A stretch of DNA of 63,808 nucleotides, counting the filler. It is 6 parts of 6 records of this genome, joined end to end, with 100 filler letters (N's around TTAATTAATTAA, not from the genome) between each part and the next. Parts side by side here need not be neighbours in the genome. Positions count along the whole stretch, not along the records: positions 1 to 24,299 come from DRR723986_13266; positions 24,400 to 33,136 come from DRR723986_13274; 4 more parts are not named here. The stretch is one strand, 5' to 3'. The first letter of the stretch is position 1. The number at the start of each line of letters is the position of its first letter. This document shows, piece after piece, positions 19,801-27,963 of the stretch. A program made the translations under genes and the position numbers. Below the pieces are notes generated by a model. It did no database searches, had not been told where the DNA came from, and saw only the letters and a list, made by a program, of their open reading frames with translations.

Positions 19801-21285
19801 TCTATGCGCTACCCTGCCGCCCTGCTTGTGTCCCCCGACGGCAAACACGTTTATACGTCCGCTTTTGGCAGTGGCGCAGTTGTCTCTTTTAATCGAAGCA
19901 GCACAGGCGCACTGACCTACCTGGAGCGTAAACTCAACAACACCCTGGATGCCGGCAAGCAGATTCTCGGCATGGGACGCCCTATCGACTTAACAATCAG
20001 CCTGGACGGTAAAACACTGTACGTACTGGGATATTCAGATCACTCGATAGTGGTCTTCCGCCGCGATGTTAACTCCGGCCGCCTGCAATTCATAGAGCGG
20101 CACAAGGATGGACAGAATAACGTCGATGGCATGCGTTATCCCTTAGGCCTAGATGTAAGTGCGGATGGCAGGAATCTTTATGTTGCCGGCTCGGGCGATA
20201 ATGCGGTCGCAGTATTTAAACGCAATACTTCAAGTGGCGCATTAACATATCGTACCAGACTCAAAGATGGCATGGGCGGTGTTGACGGCATTGCCGATGC
20301 AGCCGATGTGATTGTCAGTCCCGATGGCAAACATGTTTACGTCGCCGGTTATGGCGACGAAGCCATTGCAGCGTTTGAGCGCGACATCGAGGGTGACGGG
20401 GACTTAATATTTATCAGCGACAACGACACTGGTTATCTCGATGGGATTACGGCATTGGCAGCCGCGCCTGGCGGAGCGCACATCTTTGGCGCTGCCGAAC
20501 TCGATGATGCACTTGTTGTCCTGGAGCGCGACAAAGTCAGTGGTGAGTTAAAGTATCTTGAGGCACTTCGTGATGGTGTTAACGGAGCCGATGGCCTGCA
20601 AAGCGCGCGTGACATCAGCATCTCCAGCGACGGACGCCACTTGTACACTGCAGCACATTTAGATAAAGCAGTTGCGGTGGCCTATCGCAATCGCCGGCCG
20701 GTTGCCAAGGAAGACACTTCGACGCCGGTTGTTAAGAACACTTCCCTGGCTGTGACGGTCTTAAACAATGATGTTGAAAAAGACGCTGGTGAGTCTTTAA
20801 CAATCACATCCAAAACCGATGGAGCACTTGGCTCTGTTACAATTACCGGCAGTGGTACGACTGTAACGTATGCCGCAGGTGCCGTTGAAGGAACTGACAC
20901 CTTTACCTATACAATTGAAGATGGCAAAGGCGGAAGTTCCACGGCAACTGTGACAATTCTGGTCGGCGCGCTCAAATCCGGACAGCTGACATTCAACACT
21001 GCTGAAAACGCCGAGCAGGTTTTGGTCCAGCCAAATCCAATTCGCGAAGTGGCAACGATCGGCCTGACAGGATTAGACAGCCAGAACCTGCGCGTTAACT
21101 TGCGTGACATGTCTGGTCGCCAGGTGGCAAACTTGTACAATGGAGCAGCGACGGACAATGTCCAATTCATTTGGAATACCCGCAGCTACGAGCTTCCCAC
21201 TGGCGCATACATCCTTGAGATCAAGCGCAGCATGGACAATGGTGTAGTGCAATACTTACATCAAACCGTGCAGATCGTCCGTTGA
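13900..21285 (+). CDS. Giant T9SS-cargo surface protein (about 2460 aa): beta-helix head, Big_5, Ig repeats, unrecognised repeat block, cadherin-like repeats, PKD-like, Big_9, 7-blade lactonase-type propeller, Big_9, T9SS CTD
   Basis: ATG 13900 after AAGGAGA; signal peptide ending AQA; DSGPGTLRQAV; DAGAYE; VNDIP/VNDAP; seven propeller blades; VQPNP...LPTGAYIL. Confidence 0.88.
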   Translation: MNSRTMRVPAALAILFSCIWLQSAQAATITVHSANDSGPGTLRQAVLDATAGDEINISASIATITLASNIQISKNLKIVGNGADATTISGGGSAQLFHVNSGVAQLVRLRLDDGRGGEESWVNGGLTYLGGGAVFHDGGTLTIRDCEITNNSSAAGNGSTSFDYGGAIFARGTGTLNLRRCLFSGNSVAGTGSVGGGAVNIFGSVIVNIKNCTFHDNTSPAEGGGIRIETIPSPSFPDINVVNSTFFDNSGTGSTLAEDIHKLGNGGSLAVQNNIFNRSSGSGIRTLVFSGSGTKTSLGGNIFRDSPGIQTIAGDDILGGNSSAGLSGILSANGGGVRTIAISSSASLATGFGTTGFGEPGLDSRRFKRNDRAIDAGAYEFGAAFSYLTLTPNDNTSLVATTANLSITFAHNTTVSSGTVTIRRSSDDAVVQTIASSQVSGSGSKVITIDPPVDFASNTELYVQIPGPLFTGPNSSTWAGISDKTEWNFSTGVLPNLPPIIGTTNTMATMFASQSINIYVSVSDPITVTSGLVLTASSSDVSLVPTSHIVQVGLTSATTCFSVSAANVSAQGEVTIEFTVRDPDGAVATTSISVNIRPDLPTKFAFDMEAGNKNRGWNQGGAGGFSDRFFIRVGPNANRESEEITVTSGTFNVFNVLSAPEYIVKTEYAKQSDSNQQIVSDGSLPATATFGPGVASTTNTLRITYTRRRSRNRLLFLRHFEFGGAQILSSTVVTIRVVLPPAVQLGLSATTGNTSGATGAGIGIDGFNNGVTALIPGTSINTRVTSYDAANYPTAVANDVKNLFFVTETVSATSDNPAVVISGKTGFTLTVLESSDAGLMDIAYSGKRSTTANITFAHDGGGYLRSTTVSVVVLGDARFLAFSTQNTTALDQINNGDLTVNSDEFVDVNFGTFSDEIYLRYTSSSVWLTNPQRYGQATLRILDSPATPDPSIKPTLIDQSGDWAGGPEFSATHAVIHLSSTNSLRTGALKFDWRGEAATTFTLQLSAGGGIQEGLGTLSTTEVTVTINPLPPIQLAFSTSSSASNDGFNSGDASGLGNRLVVQVGANERRESPDINVAIGTFNALNNLSPVTINSVTQFNLEGGFGPASLSGTAPTLSVSSATTIATFRLGFPGRFAQTFDLTLSTLAGSHAGLASTSVTLNILIPPAVQLGLTSTFGNTTLATGKGVCIDGFNGGVTEFSGTTTVSVMLASLDAANYIAATGNSTFPLAFVSTTITASVDNPDFALSGPGGALTLASNLAVTSGDLTITYSGVGVTSAVITFTQLNGSMSSTSVTLTITPRKPVISTSNAFITMLEDQSTQLYVSVFDHQHVTSLVVLTGTSSDVSLIANDGIVQASGATTAITCFSVTGASTNTNGTVNITITGTNPDTQSNSTSFSVVIVPVNDIPSFIAGANVSVEVDSGFYDLPFAGAISDGDPETAQMLSFHLLVDNPALFSTQPTVSVSNGNLSFGVAPATSGIANVLISLSDDGGTDNGGINTTATQAFEIAVSSLNKAPVFSTGLNVIVTEDSGSYSAAFATGIDDGDPSTSQSLTFHVVATNSALFLQQPAISTTGELTFTPATNANGTSAVLVSLSDDGPNGGGNVNTSATQTFHITITPVNDAPTITQVGAVSIDENSTTTLSFSIADIDDPINTLQVTATSANLALVTNGGFSFSATQASMTMTVRPNCGAVGTLAIAVTVKDCGAPALTSTAVFQLTVSAAPSFVISGDLRPCPRVPVEYSMPATVGANYNWEVNNGILLGGQGTTIATVNWDSGTTGSILASVTTPAGCTFSSLIRVTTFNIAANTDYASTGTGASVTFNVLTNDLGNGLTLIGATQPAHGTLATSASGSITYTPDTGFEGFDTFNYTIRDDNSCLETGASVQVVVSTEVDRINLFYVERKKDRVGGVRGLRGARGTAVSPDGKHIYVAGQRDNSIAWFGRSLIDGSLTYVNRMRHNKGGVKSMRYPAALLVSPDGKHVYTSAFGSGAVVSFNRSSTGALTYLERKLNNTLDAGKQILGMGRPIDLTISLDGKTLYVLGYSDHSIVVFRRDVNSGRLQFIERHKDGQNNVDGMRYPLGLDVSADGRNLYVAGSGDNAVAVFKRNTSSGALTYRTRLKDGMGGVDGIADAADVIVSPDGKHVYVAGYGDEAIAAFERDIEGDGDLIFISDNDTGYLDGITALAAAPGGAHIFGAAELDDALVVLERDKVSGELKYLEALRDGVNGADGLQSARDISISSDGRHLYTAAHLDKAVAVAYRNRRPVAKEDTSTPVVKNTSLAVTVLNNDVEKDAGESLTITSKTDGALGSVTITGSGTTVTYAAGAVEGTDTFTYTIEDGKGGSSTATVTILVGALKSGQLTFNTAENAEQVLVQPNPIREVATIGLTGLDSQNLRVNLRDMSGRQVANLYNGAATDNVQFIWNTRSYELPTGAYILEIKRSMDNGVVQYLHQTVQIVR

Positions 21286-21343
21286 GCTAATTACTGGGCA
21301 CAATGGCTTAAACAAAGAGCTTAGAAACCGACCGTTAATACAG

Positions 21344-21386
21344 CAGCCGCTATGGAATCCAGTTTCCGTCGTGGCTGTTTTATTTA
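21344..21386 (+). terminator. Rho-independent terminator
   Basis: CAGCCGCTATGGAA/TTCCGTCGTGGCTG stem followed by TTTTATTT, downstream of the giant ORF. Confidence 0.6.
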
Positions 21387-21470
21387 ATTCAAGCGCTGCC
21401 GGTAAATGTTGCAGTCGGCCTGTTTTTATGACGTCCGGTATAACAACAGCGCAAATTAGTGTCTATATCT

Positions 21471-23783
21471 CTAGCGCCACAACAAAAAAGACTTAACAAG
21501 GTTTTCTGCTCCATTTTCAACACGCAACAAATATCTACCGCGCGGGAATGTACGCATGTCGATAGTCGTCTGAGCTACATTATCCAGCTCAGTCTGATAC
21601 ACCATATTGCCAAGCACCGAATATACGGTCAGTCGTCCATTGAGCCTTCTATCTGCGTGCAAAACAAAAATATCATCAGCGAGCGAGCGCAGCTCAAGCT
21701 CGTCATGGAGTTGTTCGTGTTCAACAATGTCGGTTGCAGCTTCAGCGATAGTGTTAACGACGGTATTGGTAATCACAGCAGCGTTAAAGTCAAAATAGAT
21801 TGCCGCACGGTTGTGAATCTCACGGCCTTTGGGCAAGTCCTTTTTCAGGTCAACCTTAAACTTAAGCACGCCCTGGCTGCCGGCCTCATCCTGCGCCTTG
21901 CCCGGCAATTGAATGTCATCGAAGCGAAACTCGAGAATGCGTTTTTCCAGAATACTGACGGAGTAGTCGTGGGAAGCCGCGCCAAAATGCAGAGTGTTAA
22001 TATCCAGGTCGGCGTCCAAGGTGTCGAGAATCACTACGTCAAAAGCAGGTGCATCGCCGATGTTCTGAAAACGTATCGTGTATGCCAGGGTCGAATCTTC
22101 GGCTGTTATTAAACCGCGCTCACCAAAGCCGCGTGGAGCGACACTGATATCGTTGGGGTCATACGAGCCAAGAACGATCTGACAAGTCGCATCGGCGGCA
22201 TAGGGGCCCGGCAACGCCACTGCATCGCTATCACGCGCCGTAAGTACGGCACACAGCTGAAGCCCACGCAGAGCTGGGTCGGCCGGCACGAGCATATTAA
22301 ACTGTATGGTGGAAACACTGCCCGGCGCAACATTGTTTAACTCCCACTCCAAAGTATTCACATTTGCCTGCGAAGGCGGCACTGACGCCGATACGAACTC
22401 CAGTGTCTCATCGAAGCTGAATTGCAGGCTGCCGTAAAATGGGACCGTGCCGGAGTTCGTAAATTGCGCAAAATATGTGAATGCACGGCCGGTAATCATT
22501 CGCTGCGAAGTGACCGAGACGTCCAACTGCTCAATTAATCGATCGGGCGAAAGCGGCAATTCAATTGCGATTGGCGTACTCCCCTCATCCTGCTCTGGAA
22601 CGGTAAACTCAACTTCAGGACAGTCAACACTCCAGAAAAAGGAGTTAAGCAGTTGCGCAGAATATGTCCCCGGCAAGAGGTCACGACCGAACCGACCGTT
22701 ACTGTCGCTAACGAGCCGTATGTCACCTGGATTAAGTTCAACTGTTAATCGTGCCAATCCGGCTTCCGCATTATCCTGCGTGCAGTTATTATTCTCATCG
22801 CGTACAATTACTCCTTCGACCCTGCGAGTATCTACGGTGCCGCTCCAGCCGGAATAGTAATCCCATGCCTGAGATGAACGGACGACATCTTCTTCAAATA
22901 TGTTAAGTTGATTGCCCTGCAAGTCCAGCACTCTAATATTGTTGTGCATGTTCCCAACCAGGTAACGCCGATTTACCGGATCAATTTTTGCGATCTGTGT
23001 AACAACTCCGCTACTCGGAAGGCTCTCAGTGTTAATTTTTGTAATGTTTCCGTTTTCTGGATCGAGCGATACAAACTCATAAAAAGACTCAAATTGAGGT
23101 GCTTGCAATAAGCCATACACCAGTCCGGATACTGGATCATAGGCCTTAGCACGCAAATTGTCTGGAATTGGGACTTCACGAACAAGCGCGCCTGTATACA
23201 AGTCAATTGTAATCCAGAGTTCATTTTTTGCATTTGCAATCCCCCACTCTCCGCGGCGGAAGTCAATATTGCCGGGGTCATTTGGATAGACATTCCTGGA
23301 GATTGACGGATAACGAGTCACTTCAGATGTTAAGGGATCGATTGCCGTTAAACCTAAGGATCGATCTTCGCGATTCTCCAGACAATACAGTTTGCCATCC
23401 AATGGGTTAAACTGCAGACCTTTGGTGAACTCCAGGTTAACATCCAGTCGCTGCACCAGTTTACCCGATTCTAGCGCATAACACAAAATATCCTGCGGCA
23501 CTACCAGGGTCACAGCATAATACAGGTCGTTCGTTTCATCTATCGAACCTTGGCTGTTGCTAATCAGTGAAACAACGTCCGCAGGCGAATCATAGGCATC
23601 CAGCAGCTGTTCAAACTCACCCGTCGTCACGTTTATGCGGTACAGTTTAAACCCTTCCGAGTCAAAATCACCGCCATAAATGAACCCTTCCTGAAAAGCA
23701 GTTAATGACGTAGCTGTTAACAGACAGGTTAACAGGCCGGCCAACACACATAAAACAAGGAGTGCAGTCTTTTGAAGTTGCAT
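21471..23783 (-). CDS. T9SS-cargo protein: N-terminal beta-propeller, SdrD-B-like, DUF11-like and DUF7619-like (YDPND) domains, T9SS CTD
   Basis: Signal peptide; repeated xDP..G.xY blades; VEGVIVRDENNNC; GSYDPNDISV; YTIRFQNIG; AAIYFDFNAAVITN; VYSVLGN...GRYLLRV. Confidence 0.85.
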   Translation of the reverse strand: MQLQKTALLVLCVLAGLLTCLLTATSLTAFQEGFIYGGDFDSEGFKLYRINVTTGEFEQLLDAYDSPADVVSLISNSQGSIDETNDLYYAVTLVVPQDILCYALESGKLVQRLDVNLEFTKGLQFNPLDGKLYCLENREDRSLGLTAIDPLTSEVTRYPSISRNVYPNDPGNIDFRRGEWGIANAKNELWITIDLYTGALVREVPIPDNLRAKAYDPVSGLVYGLLQAPQFESFYEFVSLDPENGNITKINTESLPSSGVVTQIAKIDPVNRRYLVGNMHNNIRVLDLQGNQLNIFEEDVVRSSQAWDYYSGWSGTVDTRRVEGVIVRDENNNCTQDNAEAGLARLTVELNPGDIRLVSDSNGRFGRDLLPGTYSAQLLNSFFWSVDCPEVEFTVPEQDEGSTPIAIELPLSPDRLIEQLDVSVTSQRMITGRAFTYFAQFTNSGTVPFYGSLQFSFDETLEFVSASVPPSQANVNTLEWELNNVAPGSVSTIQFNMLVPADPALRGLQLCAVLTARDSDAVALPGPYAADATCQIVLGSYDPNDISVAPRGFGERGLITAEDSTLAYTIRFQNIGDAPAFDVVILDTLDADLDINTLHFGAASHDYSVSILEKRILEFRFDDIQLPGKAQDEAGSQGVLKFKVDLKKDLPKGREIHNRAAIYFDFNAAVITNTVVNTIAEAATDIVEHEQLHDELELRSLADDIFVLHADRRLNGRLTVYSVLGNMVYQTELDNVAQTTIDMRTFPRGRYLLRVENGAENLVKSFLLWR

Positions 23784-24272
23784 TTTAGCGTCTCTACGAA
23801 ATTATTCGGCGGCAGCTGGTGCCACGACTTAACACAGACCTGCGCCAATATTACGTCTTCCCACATCAATACGCGTTGCTGCTGTTAACAAAGTTAGTGT
23901 CACAGCAAGTCACATGCATTGCAGCGCCTGTTGCGCCTTACGGCATTCTCAGGCTTGCCTTTTGATTTTTTTGTTTTGCTTTGACCCACCGGCTGCAAGG
24001 CAATCATCGATGCAGATGCCTAAGCGAACGGAACAACCATCGAGAACACAAAAACCTGCGATTTGGGGGTGAATTCACATGTTTATGTACCGGCGACTAA
24101 CAATGTACACACGTAGACCGGGGCGATGCAAATTTATTGGAGGTGGCACGGGCAAAGGCGTGAAGTTTTTGGGGGAACGAGTTATGCGGCTCACGAATGC
24201 AGCGGGAGACCCAAAAATAATTTTAAAACGGGGAGTAATTCGGGTTTAACGGGCGGTAATCGCGAAGAAAAC

Positions 24273-24299
24273 AGGATCCAGCCCTAAGGGCTGGATCCT
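24273..24299 (-). terminator. Perfect 12-bp inverted repeat at contig end (minus-strand terminator or REP-like element)
   Basis: AGGATCCAGCCC-TAA-GGGCTGGATCCT preceded by GAAGAAAAC (U-tract on minus strand). Confidence 0.5.
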
Positions 24300-24399
24300 N
24301 NNNNNNNNNNNNNNNNNNNNNNNNNNNNNNNNNNNNNNNNNNNTTAATTAATTAANNNNNNNNNNNNNNNNNNNNNNNNNNNNNNNNNNNNNNNNNNNN
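24300..24399. other. Artificial contig spacer
   Basis: 44 N + TTAATTAATTAA (stops in all frames) + 44 N. Confidence 0.99.
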
Positions 24400-24400
24400 G

Positions 24401-24994
24401 ACGGGGACAGGCAAGGGCGCCGCTCGTCAATCACGCCGCAACGGCATGGTTCCTGGTGTTGTATTTGGTGGCGACGTAGATCCGCTGGCGATCGAAATCC
24501 CATTCAACGCCCTGTTGAAGCGCCTGAAAGCAGGCCGCTTTAAGTCGACACTGTTCAACCTCAAGGTTGAAGGCCACGACGACGTCCGCGTCATCTGCCG
24601 CGACGTTCAGCGTCACGTTGTCAAAGACTTGCCGACACACCTGGACCTGATGCGCCTGCGTCGGACCACCAAAGTCAGCTTGTTCATCCCAGTTGAGTTC
24701 ATCAACGAAGAAGAAGCGCCCGGCATCAAGCGTGGCGGCGTTCTGACTGTTGTACGTCCTGAGGTTGAGCTGGTTGTAACTGCCGGTGACATTCCTGAGA
24801 AGCTGGTTGTTGATCTGACCGGTCTGAACGTTGGTGACACCATCACCATCTCAGCGATCGATCTGCCTGCTGGCGCGAAGGCAACCATCGACCGTGATTT
24901 CGTTGTCGCAAACATCTCGGCTCCGTCGGGTCTGCGTTCTTCGGATAACGACGAAGACGAATCAGAAGATGGTGTAGAGGAAGCAGAAGCGTAA
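24401..24994 (+). CDS. rplY: 50S ribosomal protein L25/Ctc (5'-truncated by contig edge)
   Basis: [36 protein letters not shown], acidic tail. Confidence 0.95.
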   Translation, partial: TGTGKGAARQSRRNGMVPGVVFGGDVDPLAIEIPFNALLKRLKAGRFKSTLFNLKVEGHDDVRVICRDVQRHVVKDLPTHLDLMRLRRTTKVSLFIPVEFINEEEAPGIKRGGVLTVVRPEVELVVTAGDIPEKLVVDLTGLNVGDTITISAIDLPAGAKATIDRDFVVANISAPSGLRSSDNDEDESEDGVEEAEA

Positions 24995-25021
24995 GCTTTT
25001 CTTCTTTCACGAATTTCGAAA

Positions 25022-25050
25022 GCGGGGCCTTTGCGGGCCCCGTTTTTTTT
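25022..25050 (+). terminator. Rho-independent terminator of rplY
   Basis: GCGGGGCC...GGCCCCGT stem followed by a T-run. Confidence 0.9.
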
Positions 25051-25176
25051 GTGCGCAATAGGCGCCCCATTCTAAATTGCCCAAATATTCAAATTATTGT
25101 GTATCATATCCCCAATCCACGTTCAGAGAGAGAGTTAAGGCAGGCACGGTGCGTGCTGATCCACGGGAGAGATATT

Positions 25177-27093
25177 ATGACCACTACATTAAAGTTGGCA
25201 GCGACCTTGACCGGTGCCGCCATGATGTGCGGCGTACCAATTTTCGCGTCTGCGCAAGTTCAAGATATGTTGCCATCCAAAGACGATGTGGCGACCAGAT
25301 TTACCAGCGATCACTTTTCCCCCTATGCAGGACGCACCTTTCCAACGCGCGTATTATGGGGCGACACACACCTGCACACCGAAGTGTCGGTGGATGCAGG
25401 CACCATGACACGCCTGAGCCAAGAAGACGCATTTCGGTTTGCACGCGGCGAAGAGGTGACAACCACCCATGGCCTGCAAGCAAAGCTGGCCCGGCCATTG
25501 GATTGGCTGGTGGTTGCAGATCATGCTGAAATGTATGGGCTTATGCCCCAATTGTTGGGCGGCGATCAGGAAATCCTCTCTACCGAGCAGGGGAAATCCT
25601 GGTATGATGCGCTGACCAGTGGCGACAACGATATTGTCTTTAACACCGCAATGGAAATCGTCGCCTCTTTGTCGACGGATACGCCCCCGATTGATAACCC
25701 CAAAGCAATCAAGAAAGCTTGGCAGCACTACACCGCGCTGGCCGAGCAATACAACGATCCCGGTACGTTCACCGCATTGATCGGCTATGAGTGGACTTCG
25801 GAAGGAGGGGACAACATCCACCGGAACGTCATTTTCCGGGATGGGGCCGACATGGCAAACACCGTGACGCCATTCTCGCAATTCGATAGCAAAAACCCCG
25901 AGGATTTGTGGGCACACCTGTCTGAATACGAAAAGAACACTGGTGGTGATGTCCTTGCCATCCCTCATAACGGTAACCTGTCCAACGGTCGAATGTTCTC
26001 GGTTTCAAATTTCGACGGCACTCCCTTGAGCGCTGAGAATGCAGCCCTTAGGGCACGATTTGAACCCGTCATCGAAACCACCCAGATCAAAGGGGATAGC
26101 GAAGCGCACCCCTTTCTGAGCCCGGATGATGAATTCGCGGACTTTGATACGTGGGATGCATCGAATCTGAACGGCACGCAGGCAAAGACCCAGGAAATGT
26201 TGCAATACGAGTATTCTCGGGAAGCCTACAAAACCGGGTTGTTGCTGGAAGAACAGTTGGGCGTGAACCCCTTTAAAGTCGGGCAAATCGGGTCGACGGA
26301 CGCCCACACCGGCATGGCAGCCGTGGAAGAAGAGAATTTCTTTGGTAAGCATTCCGGCGTGGAACCAGAACCAAACCGCTGGGAACACCTTGTCATCGAA
26401 GCGCCTAATCCCGAGTTTTCGATCTATGGCTGGAAACAGGCATCAGGTGGATACGCGGGAGTTTGGGCAACAAAAAACACCCGCGCTGCAATTTTTGACG
26501 CGTTTGAGCGGCGCGAAGTCTACGGTACGACTGGCTCGCGGATGTTGGTTCGGTTCTTTGGCGGTTGGGACTTTGATCCATCGGACGCGGCCAATCGCCT
26601 GCCAGCGGATATCGGGTATGCCAAAGGGGTGCCCATGGGCGCCGATTTGCCTAAATCCTCTGGCGATGCGCCCAATTTTCTTGTTGCGGCCCTCAAGGAT
26701 CCCATGAGTGGGAACTTGGACCGCATACAGATCGTCAAAGGCTGGCTGAATGCGGACGGCACACGCGGGGAAAAGGTCTATGATGTCGCGTGGAGCGATG
26801 ACCGGATGCCTGACGCGGATGGCAAGCTGCCTTTGGTCGGCAACACTGTCGATGTTCCCAACGCAACCTGGACCAATACCATCGGCGCACCGGAGTTGAT
26901 CTCTTTCTGGCAGGACCCTGATTTTGATCCCGCGCTTCGTGCATTTTATTATGTTCGGGTGATCGAAATCCCTACGCCGCGCTGGACGGCCTATGAAGCC
27001 AAGCGGTTCAACGTGACGATGGACGACACGGTGCCCATGGTCACCACCGAGCGGGCCTATACATCGCCCATCTGGTACACCCCCAAAGGGTAA
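25177..27093 (+). CDS. DUF3604-family exported PHP-like metallo-hydrolase
   Basis: Signal peptide; WGDTHLHT, DHAE, GYEWT, IHRNVIF, IPHNGNLSNG, GSTDAH and ERAYTSPIWY motifs; GGGAGA before ATG 25177. Confidence 0.85.
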   Translation: MTTTLKLAATLTGAAMMCGVPIFASAQVQDMLPSKDDVATRFTSDHFSPYAGRTFPTRVLWGDTHLHTEVSVDAGTMTRLSQEDAFRFARGEEVTTTHGLQAKLARPLDWLVVADHAEMYGLMPQLLGGDQEILSTEQGKSWYDALTSGDNDIVFNTAMEIVASLSTDTPPIDNPKAIKKAWQHYTALAEQYNDPGTFTALIGYEWTSEGGDNIHRNVIFRDGADMANTVTPFSQFDSKNPEDLWAHLSEYEKNTGGDVLAIPHNGNLSNGRMFSVSNFDGTPLSAENAALRARFEPVIETTQIKGDSEAHPFLSPDDEFADFDTWDASNLNGTQAKTQEMLQYEYSREAYKTGLLLEEQLGVNPFKVGQIGSTDAHTGMAAVEEENFFGKHSGVEPEPNRWEHLVIEAPNPEFSIYGWKQASGGYAGVWATKNTRAAIFDAFERREVYGTTGSRMLVRFFGGWDFDPSDAANRLPADIGYAKGVPMGADLPKSSGDAPNFLVAALKDPMSGNLDRIQIVKGWLNADGTRGEKVYDVAWSDDRMPDADGKLPLVGNTVDVPNATWTNTIGAPELISFWQDPDFDPALRAFYYVRVIEIPTPRWTAYEAKRFNVTMDDTVPMVTTERAYTSPIWYTPKG

Positions 27094-27199
27094 CACACTT
27101 GAGAAAGCGGGCCGCAAAGCGCTGGTCCGCTTCCTCACTGGAAATCCGCGGCGTTTCGGTGCATTTAGGCACAAAGACGAATAGCGCGCGGAGCAGATC

Positions 27200-27886
27200 A
27201 TGAAACTCTTTGTTGGACTGGGAAATCCAGGTGGAAAATACGCCGGGAACCGTCACAATATTGGCTTTATGGTTCTGGACCAGATCGCAAGCGATCATGG
27301 ATTTGGCCCATGGAAGGCCAAGTTTCAGGGCAAAATTTGCGAAGGTCGGCTGGGATCTGAAAAGGTTCTGTTGTTAAAGCCGGAAACCTTTATGAACAGG
27401 TCCGGGCAATCTGTCGGCGAAGCCATGCGGTTTTACAAGCTGGAGTCCACCGACATTACCGTTCTGCATGATGAGCTGGATCTAGCCCCCGGAAAGGTTC
27501 GCGTCAAAGCCGGTGGTGGACATGCGGGGCACAATGGCCTGCGATCCATCCATGACCATATTGGCGCGGCTTATGATCGGGTTCGGCTGGGGATCGGCCA
27601 CCCGGGACGCAAAGAAATGGTGGCCAGCTATGTGCTGCATGATTTTGCCAAAGCAGACGAAGAGTGGTTGGATAATGTGCTGCGCGGTGCGTCAGACGGT
27701 GCGCCCCAGTTGGCCGATGGCGACGGCGGAAAGTTCATGAACGCCGTGGCCTTGCGGACGGCGCCGCCGCGGTCTTCGACCTCAGCCAAAGCCGCGAAGA
27801 AATCGGCCCCTTCTGAGCCTGCTCCGACTGTGCCCGTTGAGGATACACGGTCTTCGATGCAGAAGCTCATGGATCGTTTCAAATAA
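27200..27886 (+). CDS. pth: Peptidyl-tRNA hydrolase
   Basis: VGLGNPG..Y..NRHNIGF, LKPETFMNRSG, HDELDL, GHNGLRSI. Confidence 0.97.
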   Translation: MKLFVGLGNPGGKYAGNRHNIGFMVLDQIASDHGFGPWKAKFQGKICEGRLGSEKVLLLKPETFMNRSGQSVGEAMRFYKLESTDITVLHDELDLAPGKVRVKAGGGHAGHNGLRSIHDHIGAAYDRVRLGIGHPGRKEMVASYVLHDFAKADEEWLDNVLRGASDGAPQLADGDGGKFMNAVALRTAPPRSSTSAKAAKKSAPSEPAPTVPVEDTRSSMQKLMDRFK

Positions 27887-27963
27887 CCCAGGCTGCCGTG
27901 ACGTTTTGATTGCTCATCAGGGGACCCATTTGTCAGGATAGCGACAAAAGAGGGAGAGTAGTG

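Noticed and set aside
27760-27886. Low-complexity C-terminal extension of Pth
   Set aside because: Such tails are usual in alphaproteobacterial Pth.
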